NCBI GenBank assembly: GCA_965235115.1
Contig: OZ249436.1
Location: forward strand, 47,618,001-47,682,000
DNA length: 64,000 nt
Origin: Laetmonice hystrix
Taxonomy: Eukaryota
Direction: 5' to 3'
The notes under the pieces were generated by a model. It did not search any database. It had not been told where the DNA came from and saw nothing but the letters and a program-made list of their open reading frames with translations. This document shows positions 1 to 12,928 of this stretch, one piece after another. A program made the translations under genes and the position numbers. Each line of letters opens with the position of its first letter. Position 1 is the first letter of the stretch.

Positions 1-118
1 TAACGGGCGAATCCAGTAATACAACTGTCGCCGTGATAAGTAACGGGCGAATCTAGTAATACAACTGTCGCCGCGATAAGTAACGGGCGAATCCAGTAAT
101 AAAACTGTCGCCGCGATA
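1..118. repeat. Tandem repeat, 40-bp unit, 3 copies (may continue beyond the window edge)
   Basis: TAACGGGCGAATCCAGTAAT... at 1, 41, 81. Confidence 0.9.
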
Positions 119-282
119 GGTATCAGTATCAGTAGTCGGTGATTTTATCAAGATTGAAACGTCAGGAAAGGACAGCCAACAAAAGTTATAGAGTGAAAGC
201 CGATAATTTGAGCCATATCGGGCCTCTGTACTGCAGCTGGTGGAGATCATGAATAATGGTGAAACAATTTGTGAGACATCTC

Positions 283-1250
283 GTTACTTCGAGAAATAAC
301 AGCGAGTTTATGAAATAAAGATCTACGTTTCAGTTTCAGTTAGTTCTGTATTGCCATGGTGATAACGGTTTCCACTCCGATTACCAATAATGTTACTTTG
401 AAAAATAACACCGAGTTTATGAAATAAAGAGCTACGTTTCAGTTGGTTCTGTATTGCCATGGTGATAACGGTTTCCACTCCGATTACCAATAATGTTACT
501 TTGAGAAATAACAGCGAGTTTATGAAATAAAGATCTACGTTTCAGTTTCAGTTGGTTCTGTATTGCCATGGTGATAACGGTTTCCACTCCGATTACCAAT
601 AATGTTACTTTGAGAAATAACACCGAGTTTATGAAATAAAGATCTACGTTTCAGTTTCAGTTGGTTCTGTATTGCCATGGTGATAACGGTTTCCACTCCG
701 ATTACCAATAATGTTACTTTGAGAAATAACACCGAGTTTATGAAATAAAGATCTACGTTTCAGTTTCAGTTGGTTCTGTATTGCCATGGTGATAACGGTT
801 TCCACTCCGATTACCAATAATGTTACTTTGAGAAATAACACCGAGTTTATGAAATAAAGATCTACGTTTCAGTTTCAGTTGGTTCTGTATTGCCATGGTG
901 ATAACGGTTTTCACTCCGATTACCAATAATGTTACTTTGAGAAATAACACCGAGTTTATGAAATAAAGATCTACGTTTCAGTTGGTTCTGTATTGCCATG
1001 GTGATAACGGTTTCCACTCCGATTACCAATAATGTTACTTTGAGAAATAACACCGAGTTTATGAAATAAAGAGCTACGTTTCAGTTTCAGTTAGTTCTGT
1101 ATTGCCATGGTGATAACGGTTTCCACTCCGATTACCAATAATGTTACTTTGAGAAATAACAGCGAGTTTATGAAATAAAGATCTACGTTTCAGTTTCAGT
1201 TAGTTCTGTATTGCCATGGTGATAACGGTTTCCACTCCGATTACCAACAA
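283..1250. repeat. Tandem array, 109-bp unit (103-bp variants), ~9 copies
   Basis: Direct repeats; ORF track recurs at 109-bp steps. Confidence 0.95.
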
Positions 1251-1431
1251 TCTGTCACGTGAGGTGTACCGCTTACTTAACTTGACCACGTATCCAACAG
1301 AAGGAGAGAGAGAGTCAGAGACAGCGAGACAGAGACAGACAGAGAGAGACACACAGAGAGAGACAGAAAGCGACAGGGAGAGACAGAGACACAGAAAGAA
1401 ATAGCTTCCCTTTTGCTGCTAAATGTGTGAT

Positions 1432-1900
1432 GTGTAGAAGGGGCGGATTCCTTGTTTAAAAGGTTTCAGACGGTACGTGTGTAGAAGGGACGGTACGTGT
1501 GTAGAAGGGGTGGATTCCTTGTTTAAAAGGTTTCAGACGGTACGTGTGTAGAAGGGGCGGATTCCTTGTTTAAAAGGTTTCAGACGGTACGTGTGTAGAA
1601 GGGACGGTACGTGTGTAGAAGGGGTGGATTCCTTGTTTAAAAGGTTTCAGACGGTACGTGTGTAGAAGGGGCGGATTCCTTGTTTAAAAGGTTTCAGACG
1701 GTACGTGTGTAGAAGGGGCGGATTCCTTGTTTAAAAGGTTTCAGACGGTACGTGTGCAGAGGTGGCGGATTACTTGTTTAAAAGGTTTCAAACGGTACGT
1801 GTGTAGAAGGGACGGTACGTGTGTAGAAGGGACGGATTCCTTGTTTAAAAGGTTTCAGACGGTACGTGTGTAGAAGGGGCGGATTCCTTGTTTAAATAGT
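1432..1900. repeat. Tandem array, 47-bp unit with 20-bp sub-units
   Basis: GTGTGTAGAAGGGGCGGATTCCTTGTTTAAAAGGTTTCAGACGGTAC. Confidence 0.95.
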
Positions 1901-2450
1901 TTCCGATGCATGGTGAACAAAGATCTTGAGGATATATTGTCAGGCAACTGTCGTTCGTTGTTCTTCTCTTCCCTAAGATACGTGATAATTATGTTTTGAC
2001 TATGAGATATAAAATGAAAGAAATGAGAACTGAAGTTCAGTGTTGGATTCATACAAATCATCCATCTCTATTACCACATTCTATACCGACCCCGATCTGG
2101 TCCCCTGGTGGCCGTTTCCGGAAACACGGGTCTCCCTCCAGACACCATCCCATAATCCCCTCCGCCTGACGGGGCAAGGCAGTGTTATTTAGATTAGACG
2201 TATACATACGTCTATCTTACCCGGGCATTAAGCTAGCTTACATACAATATATAATTCAATGATCTTAAGGTAGCATTCAACTGAGCACTGTCTTAATGTC
2301 TAAATATGAACCCAAACTAAACCTGAATGCTTAGTTCAACGTTCAACAACCTAAACTTAGCGGTAGGCTATTATTGGGGGCATTTTTCGGGACACATTCT
2401 TAAATCTTAGAGCCTCTCTTAAACTGAAAGTTGATAAAGCTAACAAATAC

Positions 2451-2480
2451 CTTCGTTCCTCTGTCTCCATGAGGTTGGTC
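2451..2480 (-). CDS. Candidate 30-nt symmetric (phase 2-2) microexon of the X11/Mint gene, (R)TNLMETEER(R/S)
   Basis: Acceptor TGGTTTTTATTGTTTTACAG, donor AAG|GTATTT; open in the phase left by the big exon. Confidence 0.55.
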
Positions 2481-3013
2481 CTGTAAAACAATAAAAACCA
2501 GCATATCTTTAGTATTATTTTATAACTTCCCTCCTATCTAAGCCAGATAACCTTGGTCATCATTGCAGTACCCAAGGATTCCTTGTCCCCTTGATGACCA
2601 CCCCAACCTCTATCATATAAATCAACTCTTTCACAAAGCATCCCACAAAATCTCCCACGGTGGGATTCCATTATAACAGTCCTTTCCCTTTATCCATTCC
2701 ATGATCACTTTCCCTCCACTGGTAGAGTTTTCTGTGAGAGATAGAAATGACAATATGGACAACCTTACCCCATGAGGAGCAGGAGACTGAGCAACTCGTA
2801 TCCAATCTCTTTATCCATGTTACTGGAGTAACGGCTCAGGTTGACTGCCTCCAGTAGGTGTCGGGACACCTTGTCACACATTGTCTGACAAATTCACGTA
2901 CTCCTGGTGTTCCTGAGTGGGCCTCACTTAGCTTGCTCAGAGTGTCAACGTCTGGTGATTCCTTGCTGAGGAGTCACTAAGTGTTAGTGTAACTCTGCTT
3001 GTCCACAGTGGCC

Positions 3014-3462
3014 AGTCACTAACCAGTTGTGTCAACCAGTGACTCCAGGTTGTCCACAGTCACTAACCAGTTGTGTCAACCAGTGACTCCAGCTCGTCCA
3101 CAGTCACTAACCAGTTGTGTCAACCAGTGACTCCAGCTTGTCCACAGTCACTAACCAGTTGTGTCAACCAGTGACTCCAGCTTTTCCACAGTCACTAACC
3201 AGTTGTGTCAACCAGTGACTCCAGCTCGTCCACAGTCACTAACCAGTTGTGTCAACCAGTGACTCCAGCTTGTCCACAGTCACTAACCAGTTGTGTCAAC
3301 CAGTGACTCCAGCTTGTCCACATTCAATAACCAGTTGTGTCAACCAGTGACTCCAGCTTGTCCACAGTCACTAACCAGTTGTGTCAACCAGTGACTCCAG
3401 CTTGTCCACATTCAATAACCAGTTGTGTCAACCAGTGACTCCAGCTTGTCCACAGTCACTAA
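3014..3462. repeat. Tandem array, 44-bp unit, ~10 copies
   Basis: CAGTCACTAACCAGTTGTGTCAACCAGTGACTCCAGCTTGTCCA. Confidence 0.95.
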
Positions 3463-4132
3463 TCTCTAGTATTTACCAGTGACTCACATCTGGTACCACC
3501 GGCCGCCCGTTAGGCAAACACAGCCCCACTGGTCTATATATTGCACACAGTTGATCGCCTGCTTCAGTCTGGGTAATTTCCTCAAAGACAATTTCTGGTC
3601 GGTTAAAACGGTTTCCACTTAACAGCGGTACTTTCGGAGAACCAATACCAACCACAAAGAATGCAGTACAGATATTGTAGAACAGTACTCCTACACGGTA
3701 TATTCCACTTGAACACGTTAGTACCTGGCGCCGATACTAACGGACTGCGGAGTATCACACTCAAACAGAAGTGCTGTTTCAATGTTGACGTTAATCCAGA
3801 TACAGTCTGTGTTTAATCTTTCTGTTAAAGGTCACTGCTGACACCGATCCGATCTCCGGTACAAACTGAGGCTGGCTTGCTAAAAACATCCTCCTGAACT
3901 TTACACCGTCCTCATCCGTTACTCACGCTCCTCAAGGTGTAATATCTCCAGAGGTTTCTGCCGGTCAAAGGACCTGGTGTGATGTTCGATTTGTCTGGAG
4001 GTGTGGTGGTTGTAATATGTCAGTGAGGGAGCACGACCTAGGGCACGGTCAGAGTGGTAATTATCGACCATAACACGGTCTGAATCAAGACTTTCTACTA
4101 ACAACCTCCTTCGTCACGTCCACCCACAACTC

Positions 4133-4690
4133 CTGATCCTTACGGCCGACTCTATGTACTACTTACAGCTGTCAATAAGATATACAGGCTCACCAAACAA
4201 CCTGATCCTTACGCCCGACTCTATGTACTACTTACAGCTGTCAATACAGGCTCACCAAAACAACCTGATTCTTACGGCCGACTCTATGTACTACTTACAG
4301 CTGTCAATGAGATATACAGGCTCACTAAACAACCTGATTCTTACGGCCGACTCTATGTACTACTTACAGCTGTCAATGCAGGCTCACCAAAACAACCTGA
4401 TCCTTACGGCCGACTCTATGTACTACTTACAGCTGTCAACGAGATATACAGGCTCACCAAACAACCTGATTCTTACGGCCGACTCTATGTACTACTTACA
4501 GCTGTCAATGAGATATACAGGCTCACTAAACAACCTGATTCTTACGGCCGACTCTATGTACTACTTACAGCTGTCAATGCAGGCTCACCAATACAACCTG
4601 ATCCTTAAGGCCGACTCCATGTACTACTTACAGCTGTCAATACAGGCTCACCAAAACAACCTGAGCCTAACGGCCGACTCCATGTACTAC
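4133..4690. repeat. Tandem array with 69- and 63-bp unit variants, ~8 copies
   Basis: ...GGCCGACTCTATGTACTACTTACAGCTGTCAAT... repeated. Confidence 0.95.
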
Positions 4691-6017
4691 TCACGGCCGA
4701 GGAGCAAAGAGAAACTGTTGAGCGATGAACTCAGTTCTTTAGAACACTGACCAGCATGAGATAGTTCTACACCACAGGTTTTTTACCAAACGAGACAGTT
4801 CGTGGGGTACAGGTTTTATGAGACGCGCACCCGTTACCCCCTTGGCCATCTCCCGCGACCATCAAATGTGGCGGCAGTACCTGATTTAGTCATTACGGCG
4901 AGTTTGTCGAGTCGGTTTGACCCTCTACATGTCCGTGCGGGTGGGCGAGTACATACCGACGTCACGTTAGCACGGAATATCACCGATGATTGCTCGCACC
5001 TTTGATGTCAGCCATCTACAAGTACATCCAGGATTGCCTCCAATCTGGCGTCAGTCTGGCTAGAGTTCGGGGATCAGTGTAGGGCCGGGCAGAGATGAAC
5101 TCTGACAAGTCGTTCCAGGTCTCGCGGCGTTAATTACTAGCACCCACTGTGCTGAGTGGAACCTGCAGCACTCTGCCAACAAGTTCTACTGGTGAACGAT
5201 TCAGGTCGAGTCGGCAACCGTCGCCCAGAATCCTAACAACATAAAGTGTTGAGTCTGCTCACTCTGTAACACGGCCGACGTGCTCAAGTCCTCGTCCTCG
5301 GTCCGCGGAAACATTTCTTATTTTATTGTTCTTGACGTTACGTAGGTAGTTATCAGTGGCTGTGCAGACGTCATGTCTGGACAATGTCCGACTGAGACCG
5401 TCGGAATGACTGGCCCCTCTATACACACAATCCTCGGTTCAATACTCTGGCCAAGCCGGACTTACACACCGACCAAACCTGCCGATAATTGCAGCAGTTG
5501 ATGCTCAGTGAAAATCTCTATCTTGGTGTCTTTTTTCCCCACTGATTGAAGTAAAGTGCCACCTTGGAGATTTATTCAGGAACCCTGGCCGATAATATGG
5601 CACGGAGAGAATCCATGTCGATGAAGACGAGCTCTCAGAGAATTCTTGCCTTACATCCACCAACCTGTCTCCAGCCAGTTTCAGGGCGCTCCACTCGGGA
5701 TAAATCCAGGTTTAATTGCTGATCTGGCTTGCAATCCGTGTCGGAAGGTTTCAGTACCAGGACAACCTCTCTGTCACGAACTCATAATGATAGAGGTCGG
5801 AAATCATCAAGGCTCGAAAATTGCTTTTCTTCCTGTTCAGCCTACCAACAAATGTGTGCTGCTCAGAAGGCAACATAAGGCTATCAATTATTCAAAGTTG
5901 ATGGCTTTCGTTTTCTAGGGTCGTTCCTTTTTCTTAGCAACCCTGCAGTGGTATTTCCTATAGTACATGACAAACATTCAATCGGGCATGAGGGTACGCC
6001 ATTAACTGGTGGTTGTT

Positions 6018-6420
6018 CACGTGATGCAGCCTGTCCAATCAGAGCCCAGGTGTGTGTCCACGTGATGCAGCCTGTCCAATCAGAGCCCACGTGTGTGTCC
6101 ACGTGATGCAGCCTGTCCAATCAGAGCCCAGGTGTGTGTCCACGTGATGCAGCCTGTCCAATCAGAGCCCAGGTGTGTGTCCACGTGATGCAGCCTGTCC
6201 AATCAGAGCCCAGGTGTGTGTCCACGTGATGCAGCCTGTCCAATCAGAGCCCACGTGTGTGTCCACGTGATGCAGCCTGTCCAATCAGAGCCCAGGTGTG
6301 TGTCCACGTGATGCAGCCTGTCCAATCAGAGCCCACGTGTGTGTCCACGTGATGCAGCCTGTCCAATCAGAGCCCACGTGTGTGTCCACGTGATGCAGCC
6401 TGTCCAATCACCGCCCAGGT
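6018..6420. repeat. Tandem array, 41-bp unit, ~10 copies
   Basis: CACGTGATGCAGCCTGTCCAATCAGAGCCCAGGTGTGTGTC. Confidence 0.95.
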
Positions 6421-8119
6421 ATCTTCCCACGTGTTGCAGTCACCCAAATCTTGAAGGTTCAGTTCACCCCACAAAACATTAATCCATGCGGGGCAGGTAC
6501 ATTTTCTACATCCAAATGAGCGTAAATTGGTAGAATGTCGGGGGACATCCCTAACGATGTACCTATATTCGTTAATTTGCTCACCACCCACAGCTGTACA
6601 CGGGAAATTCCCGCCAAATTAGCCCGTGATTGCAGATCTTCACCGGAGTCTTGTTAGCCAGGCCGATTGGCCATGGCGCCTCACTACGTGTAGGTACTTT
6701 AGAGACTTTAGGAGAAACGGCCTCGGTAAATTGAGCCGATTATGTTGGGGTAAGGAGCAGCGACACCAGTCCTCACTCCTTACTGTAGAAACACGGTAAC
6801 TATTCCTTCACTCCTTACTGTAACAGGTTCCACCGTCTGACACTGACAGAAATTAGACTGGGGACCGTGGGAGAGTCACCGCACCACGTATATGTCTCAA
6901 TTAACTTAGCGGATATCGGCCCAACATATGTTTTCCCGCATGTATGCCGTACCGAACACCGCAACTGTTGAATTTATTATCACACATCCAGTTAAAACAT
7001 GAGCTATCAATGCACCTTAATCGCTGAATACTGAGTCCTTCTCGATAATCCGGCTAAGGTGTTTCGTAAACCATCATTAATAATGGTGTATACTGGAAAT
7101 ATCTCAGTTTACAATTTGTGGACTTTACCAGTGGCAGTATATCTCATCATGAAAGGATCATAAGATGTTGCCAGGCAACATAAGCGTCAGCGGTCGTCAT
7201 GAACGAGTTAAACAGGCGCCGGGTTAAGTAATCATCGTGAGACTAGCGTTCCACCACCACCAGGTAAGATGATAATCCAATCTGTATTCTCAGTCCTGTT
7301 TATAGATACGGTACACGTGGCACTTTAGCCGGCCCATTCTTCACGAGGGAGTCGGGTCTACTGAAGTATTCCAGATATGTATTATAATCAGTTCATGTAT
7401 TCTTCAGGCCAGTCAAAACTCCTTCATCCTTCAACACTTCAACACTTAATTTAATCAACACCTGTGGCTGCTTTAACTGTTGTCGATTCCAGAAGTGTCG
7501 CATCAATTATGAGTCAGACCTTGTGTATGCTAATACCTGCACACAGGAGGGGCGTGACATGCATGAGGACGGTCTGCCCACAAATTACAGCCTGCCCACA
7601 AATTACATCCTGGTATTAACACACTGACAATTATCACTCTCTGGTTGAGCCAGGTGTTCGGAAACCGGGACACTGTCTCGATAATCCGACCACTTGTGGG
7701 TGCTTCCACCTGATAGCCACAGAGAGAGTAAACAGGCTGAGTATCGACCGAATCACTGCCAGTAAAAACTGCAATCCTCCGCTCGCTGCCTCAATCAGTG
7801 GGCGGGAATCAATCGCTTTTTCAGATGGTGATTCTGCGCGGATGTTGTTATGATGAGCCGGGGGGGGGGGGGGGGGGTTATTATCTCATGGGTCGAGCAT
7901 GAGGACTGGGCTGACGTCCATCCACCGTTATCCACAATGATCTCCGCCTGTGATTGGTACAATCAGAACGTCGGTCGTTCTCGGGCCGGGGCCGGCGGGG
8001 AACCTGGGCGGCTACTAATACACGTACCAGTCCGACATCAGAGTCCTCCGATACAGAATCCTTTCTTTTGTTGGTCTTCTTAACCACCCCGTGTATCTGA
8101 GCACATAATGCCACCCAGA

Positions 8120-9250
8120 TCTAAGGGGCACAAACTGATCATGTATCCCTGGCGCTCACAGTACAGACTGATCACGTATCCCTGGCGCTCACAGTACAGA
8201 CTGATCATGTATCCCTGGCGCTCACAGTACAGACTGATCATGTATCCCAGGCGCTCACAGTATCCTAGCCGTCAATCTAAGGGGCACAAACTGAGCATGT
8301 ATCCCTGGCGCTCACAGTATCCTAGCCGTCAATCTAAGGGGTACAGACTGATCACGTATCCCAGGCGCTCACAGTACAGACTGATCACGTATCCCAGGCG
8401 CTCACAGTACAGACTGATCACGTATCCCAGGCGCTCACAGTACAGACTGATCATGTATCCCAGGCGCTCACAGTACAGACTGATCATGTATCCCAGGCGC
8501 TCACAGTATCCTAGCCGTCAATCTAAGGGGCACAAACTGATCATGTATCCCTGGCGCTCACAGTATCCTAGCCGTCAATCTAACGGGTACAGACTGATCA
8601 CGTATCCCAGGCGCTCACAGTATCCTAGCCGTCAGTCTAAGGGGTACAGACTGATCATGTATCCCAGGCGCTCACAGTATCCTAGCCGTCAGTCTAAGGG
8701 GAACAAACTGATCATGTATCCCAGGCGCTCACAGTACAGACTGATCACGTATCCCAGGCGCTCACAGTACAGACTGATCACGTATCCCAGGCGCTCACAG
8801 TACAGACTGATCATGTATCCCAGGCGCTCACAGTACAGACTGATCACGTATCCCAGGCGCTCACAGTATCCTCGCCGTCAATCTAAGGGGCACAAACTGA
8901 TCACGTATCCCAGGCGCTCACAGTATCCTAGCCGTCAGTCTAAGGGGTACAGACTGATCACGTATCCCAGGCGCTCACAGTATCCTAGCCGTCAGTCTAG
9001 GGGGTACAGACTGATCACGTATCCCAGGCGCTCACAGTACAGACTGATCATGTATCCCAGGCGCTCACAGTACAGACTGATCCCGTATCCCAGGCGCTCA
9101 CAGTAAAGACTGATCACGTATCCCAGGCGCTCACAGTACAGACTGATCACGTATCCCAGGCGCTCACAGTACAGACTGATCACGTATCCCAGGCGCTCAC
9201 AGTACAGACTGATCACGTATCCCAGGCGCTCACAGTATCCTAGCCGTCAC
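8120..9250. repeat. Composite array, 33-bp core with optional 24-bp insert
   Basis: ACAGACTGATCACGTATCCCAGGCGCTCACAGT +/- ATCCTAGCCGTCAATCTAAGGGGT. Confidence 0.95.
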
Positions 9251-9511
9251 GCAGTAGTCAAGTACACTGTATAATGGGTGTCCTTTGTTGGTGGTATCAA
9301 TGGAGGCTTGCAGTTGGAATGTAAGCTCCTTGCTGACATCAAGTCCCTTTTGTATTCTCTAGAGCCTGACCATGTCGGCTGCTGGTCCTAAACAATGCCT
9401 ATTGTCAGTAATTGGACGATCTGTACACCGGGTCGGCCCCCATGGCATGCAGCCGCCGTCTCCGCCGCCACTTGTTGGTCGTGTGGTAGTAGGAGTCACC
9501 CGGTCATTCCG

Positions 9512-9945
9512 CGGGCGGGCGGGCCTGGCGGGGAGGGCCGGGGGCGGCGGGCCTGGCGGGGAGGGCCGGGGGCGCCGGGCCTGGCTGGGAGGGTTAAAGG
9601 CGCCGGGCCGGAAGGGAGGGCCGGGTGCGCCGGGCCTGGCGGGGAGGGCCGGGTGCGCCGGGCCTGGCGGGGAGGGCCGGGTGCGCCGGGCCTGGCGGGG
9701 AGGGCCGGGGGCGGCGGGCCTGGCGGGGAGGGCCGGAGGTGCCGGGCCGGAAGGGAGGGCCGGGGGCGCCGGGCCTGGCGGGGAGAGCCGGAAGGGAGGG
9801 CCGGGGGCGCCGGGCCTGGCGGGGAGGGCCGGGTGCGCCGGGCCTGGCGGGCAGGGCCGGGGGCGCCGGGCCTGGCGGGCAGGGCCGGGGGCGTCGGGCC
9901 TGGCGGGCAGGGCCGGAGGAGGCGGGGGAGCCGGGCCGGGCGGGA
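9512..9945. repeat. Extremely GC-rich array, ~28-bp unit
   Basis: GCCGGGCCTGGCGGGGAGGGCCGGGTGC variants. Confidence 0.9.
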
Positions 9946-10281
9946 AGCGCACGCCGTGCGGGTGGGATCGGTGCGGCACACTGTTTGACACAAAACACAA
10001 CTCCCACTTGACACGGTGACCACACCCAGTCCAACCGTACAAATCGCAGCCAATCAAACACTGAACTTTAACCCTGGCACGCAGTAGCACGCAGTAGGCC
10101 GCAGTAGCACGCAGTAGCACGCAGTAGCACGCAGTAGCACGCTGCAGCACGCAGTCCGGGCCGGTGCAGTGATGTGATAGGATCAGTGAAGTGAAGCGTG
10201 AGCCGGGCCGAGTGTTATAAACACACAGATGGGGCCCGCCACGCTCAGTCCCTGAGTCATTGATCCACCGACCCGGGCACT

Positions 10282-10890
10282 GATCACACACCAACCCTTG
10301 GCGATCACACACCAACACATGGCGATCACACACCAACACATGGCCATCACACACCAACACATGGCGATCACATGGCGATCACACACCAACACTTGGCGAT
10401 CACACACCAACACATGGCGATCACACACCAACACATGGCGATCACATGGCGATCACACACCAGCACATGGCGATCACACACCAACACATGGCGATCACAC
10501 ACCAACACATGGCCATCACACACCAACACATGGCCATCACACACCAACACATGGCCATCACACACCAACAAATGGCCATCACACACCAACACATGGCGAT
10601 CACACACCAACACATGGCCATCACACACCAACACATGGCGATCACACACCAACACTTGGCGATCACACACCAACACTTGGCGATCACACACCAACACATG
10701 GCGATCACACACCAACACATGGCGATCACACACCAACACTTGGCGATCACACACCAACACTTGGCGATCACACACCAACACATGGCCATCACACACCAAC
10801 ACATGGCGATCACACACCAACACTTGGCGATCACACACCAACACATGGCCATCACACACCAACACATGGCCATCACACACCAACACATGG
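10282..10890. repeat. Tandem array, 21-bp unit, ~28 copies
   Basis: GATCACACACCAACACATGGC. Confidence 0.95.
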
Positions 10891-10968
10891 TTTCAGTACG
10901 CCTCGTGGACTGTCATAATCAACACCCAGAACCACTGACACGAGGGGAAAACATTCCCACAAAATATC

Positions 10969-11612
10969 AGTTAGAGTTAGGGGCAGGGATGGGGATAGGG
11001 ATAAGTTTCTGGGGAAGGTCCTGGGGAGGAGGGTAGGGGTTAGAGTTAGGGGCAGGGATGGGGATAGGGATAAGTTTCTGGGGAAGGTCCTGGGGAGGAG
11101 GGTAGGGGTTAGAGTTAGGGGCAGGGATGGGGATAGGGATAAGTTTCTGGGGAAGGTCCTGAGGAGGAGGGTAGGGGTTAGAGTTAGGGGCAGGGATGGG
11201 GATAGGGATAAGTTTTTGGGGAAGGTCATGAGAAGGATGGTAGGGGTTAGAGTTAGGGGCAGGGATGGGGACAGGGATAAGTTTTTGGGGAAGGTCATGA
11301 GAAGGATGGTAGGGGTTAGAGTTAGGGGCAGGGATGGGGACAGGGATAAGTTTTTAGGGAAGCTCCTGAGGAGGAGGGTAGGGGTTAGAGTTAGGGGCAG
11401 GGATGGGGATAGGGATAAGTTTTTAGGGAAGCTCCTGAGGAGGAGGGTAGGGGTCAGGGTTAGGGGCAGGGATGGGGACAGGGATAAGTTTTTAGGGAAG
11501 CTCCTGAGGAGGAGGGTAGGGGTTAGAGTTAGGGGCAGGGATGGGGATAGGGATAAGTTTCCGGGGAAGGTCCTGGGGAGGAGGGTAGGGGTGAGAGTTA
11601 GGGGCAGGGATG
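10969..11612. repeat. G-rich tandem array, 69-bp unit, ~9 copies, TTAGGG-like motifs
   Basis: GTTAGAGTTAGGGGCAGGGATGGGGATAGGGATAAG... Confidence 0.95.
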
Positions 11613-12481
11613 GCCTCCAACCACAATTCTTTCCCTGAGACAAACCGTGCCCCGTCCACCCCCCCCCCCCCCACCAATAGGGCAATCCGGGTACCCCACC
11701 CTCCCTGGTGTCTCCCCTATCCGTCCAGGATCCCCTACCACCTGAGACGCTGCCCATGTGCCAGGATGTTGGTATACATACACCTGCTGTTTGATGTCTG
11801 ATTCCTGTGGGCCCTCGGTCTGCATATAACACAGGTAAGCTAACCTCCACATGAAAGCCACCAGGTGTCGACATACAACATACCACACCAACCCCTGTGC
11901 CGTACTCCCACTAACAATGTGAACGTTATACATTCATAAAACCGCCCTGTCTGACATAATGAGGCTTTTACATGACTTAGTGTTATGAATAGTCCCACGT
12001 ACCATTAATTCTGATCGCTGTGTACCCAGCATCCAAGCAGGCCCGAGACTGTGTAGATTGGGCTCTTTAATTTGCCCCCCCCCCCACTCCTGCCTGTCTC
12101 TGATCGTTATAACCACGGTCGGTCCAACTACTGTATATATGTTTCACGGACAGACTGCCCACATCATAGTAACCACTTGATATCTTTCTGTTACAAAAAA
12201 AGATAAATAAAAAAATTTAAAACTTCTGCCGCCTATACAATGATGGCTGAACAATGCTTTTGTTCTCTTTTTTTTACATAAATTGGGTCATTATACAAAC
12301 GCGGCGTTTTATACACGGATCATCTCCGTTTGCATGCGTTTCTTGTCCGTTTCTCGTTCGCCAAATGCGTTCCTTGTCAGGCGAGGTCCGTTCAATCCGG
12401 AGAAACGCCTGGGGGCATCGAGTAGCAAGGGACACGACTTTTGACAAAGTTTCTGTCCGTCGCACGTCCGTTTATGCTATC

Positions 12482-12928
12482 CGGCAAGGTATGACAGGGC
12501 CATTACGACCTGAACTGACGGCAAGGTATGACGGGGCCATTACGACCTGAACTGACGGGAAGGTATGAGAGGGCCATTACGACTTGAACTGACGGCAAGG
12601 TATGACAGGGCCATTACGACCTGAACTGACGGCAAGGTATGACAGGGCCATTACGACCTGAACTGACGGCAAGGTATGACAGGGCCATTACGACCTAAAC
12701 TGACGGGAAGGTATGAGAGGGCCATTACGACCTGAACTGACGGCAAGGTATGACAGGGCCATTACGACCTGAACTGACGGGAAGGTATGAGAGGGCCATT
12801 ACGACCTGAACTGACGGCAAGGTATGACAGGGCCATTACGACCTGAACTGACGGCAAGGTATGACAGGGCCATTACGACCTGAACTGACGGCAAGGTATG
12901 ACAGGGCCATTACGACCTGAACTGACGC
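12482..12928. repeat. Tandem array, 37-bp unit, ~12 copies
   Basis: GGCAAGGTATGACAGGGCCATTACGACCTGAACTGAC. Confidence 0.95.

Noticed and set aside
3473..4104. Short minus ORFs ending near GTGAGT donors
   Set aside because: Phases 0 and 1 do not fit the phase-2 downstream exon; no good acceptors or homology seen
6035..6420. ER-stress element (CCAAT-N9-CCACG) in the 41-bp unit
   Set aside because: Spacing is N6, not N9
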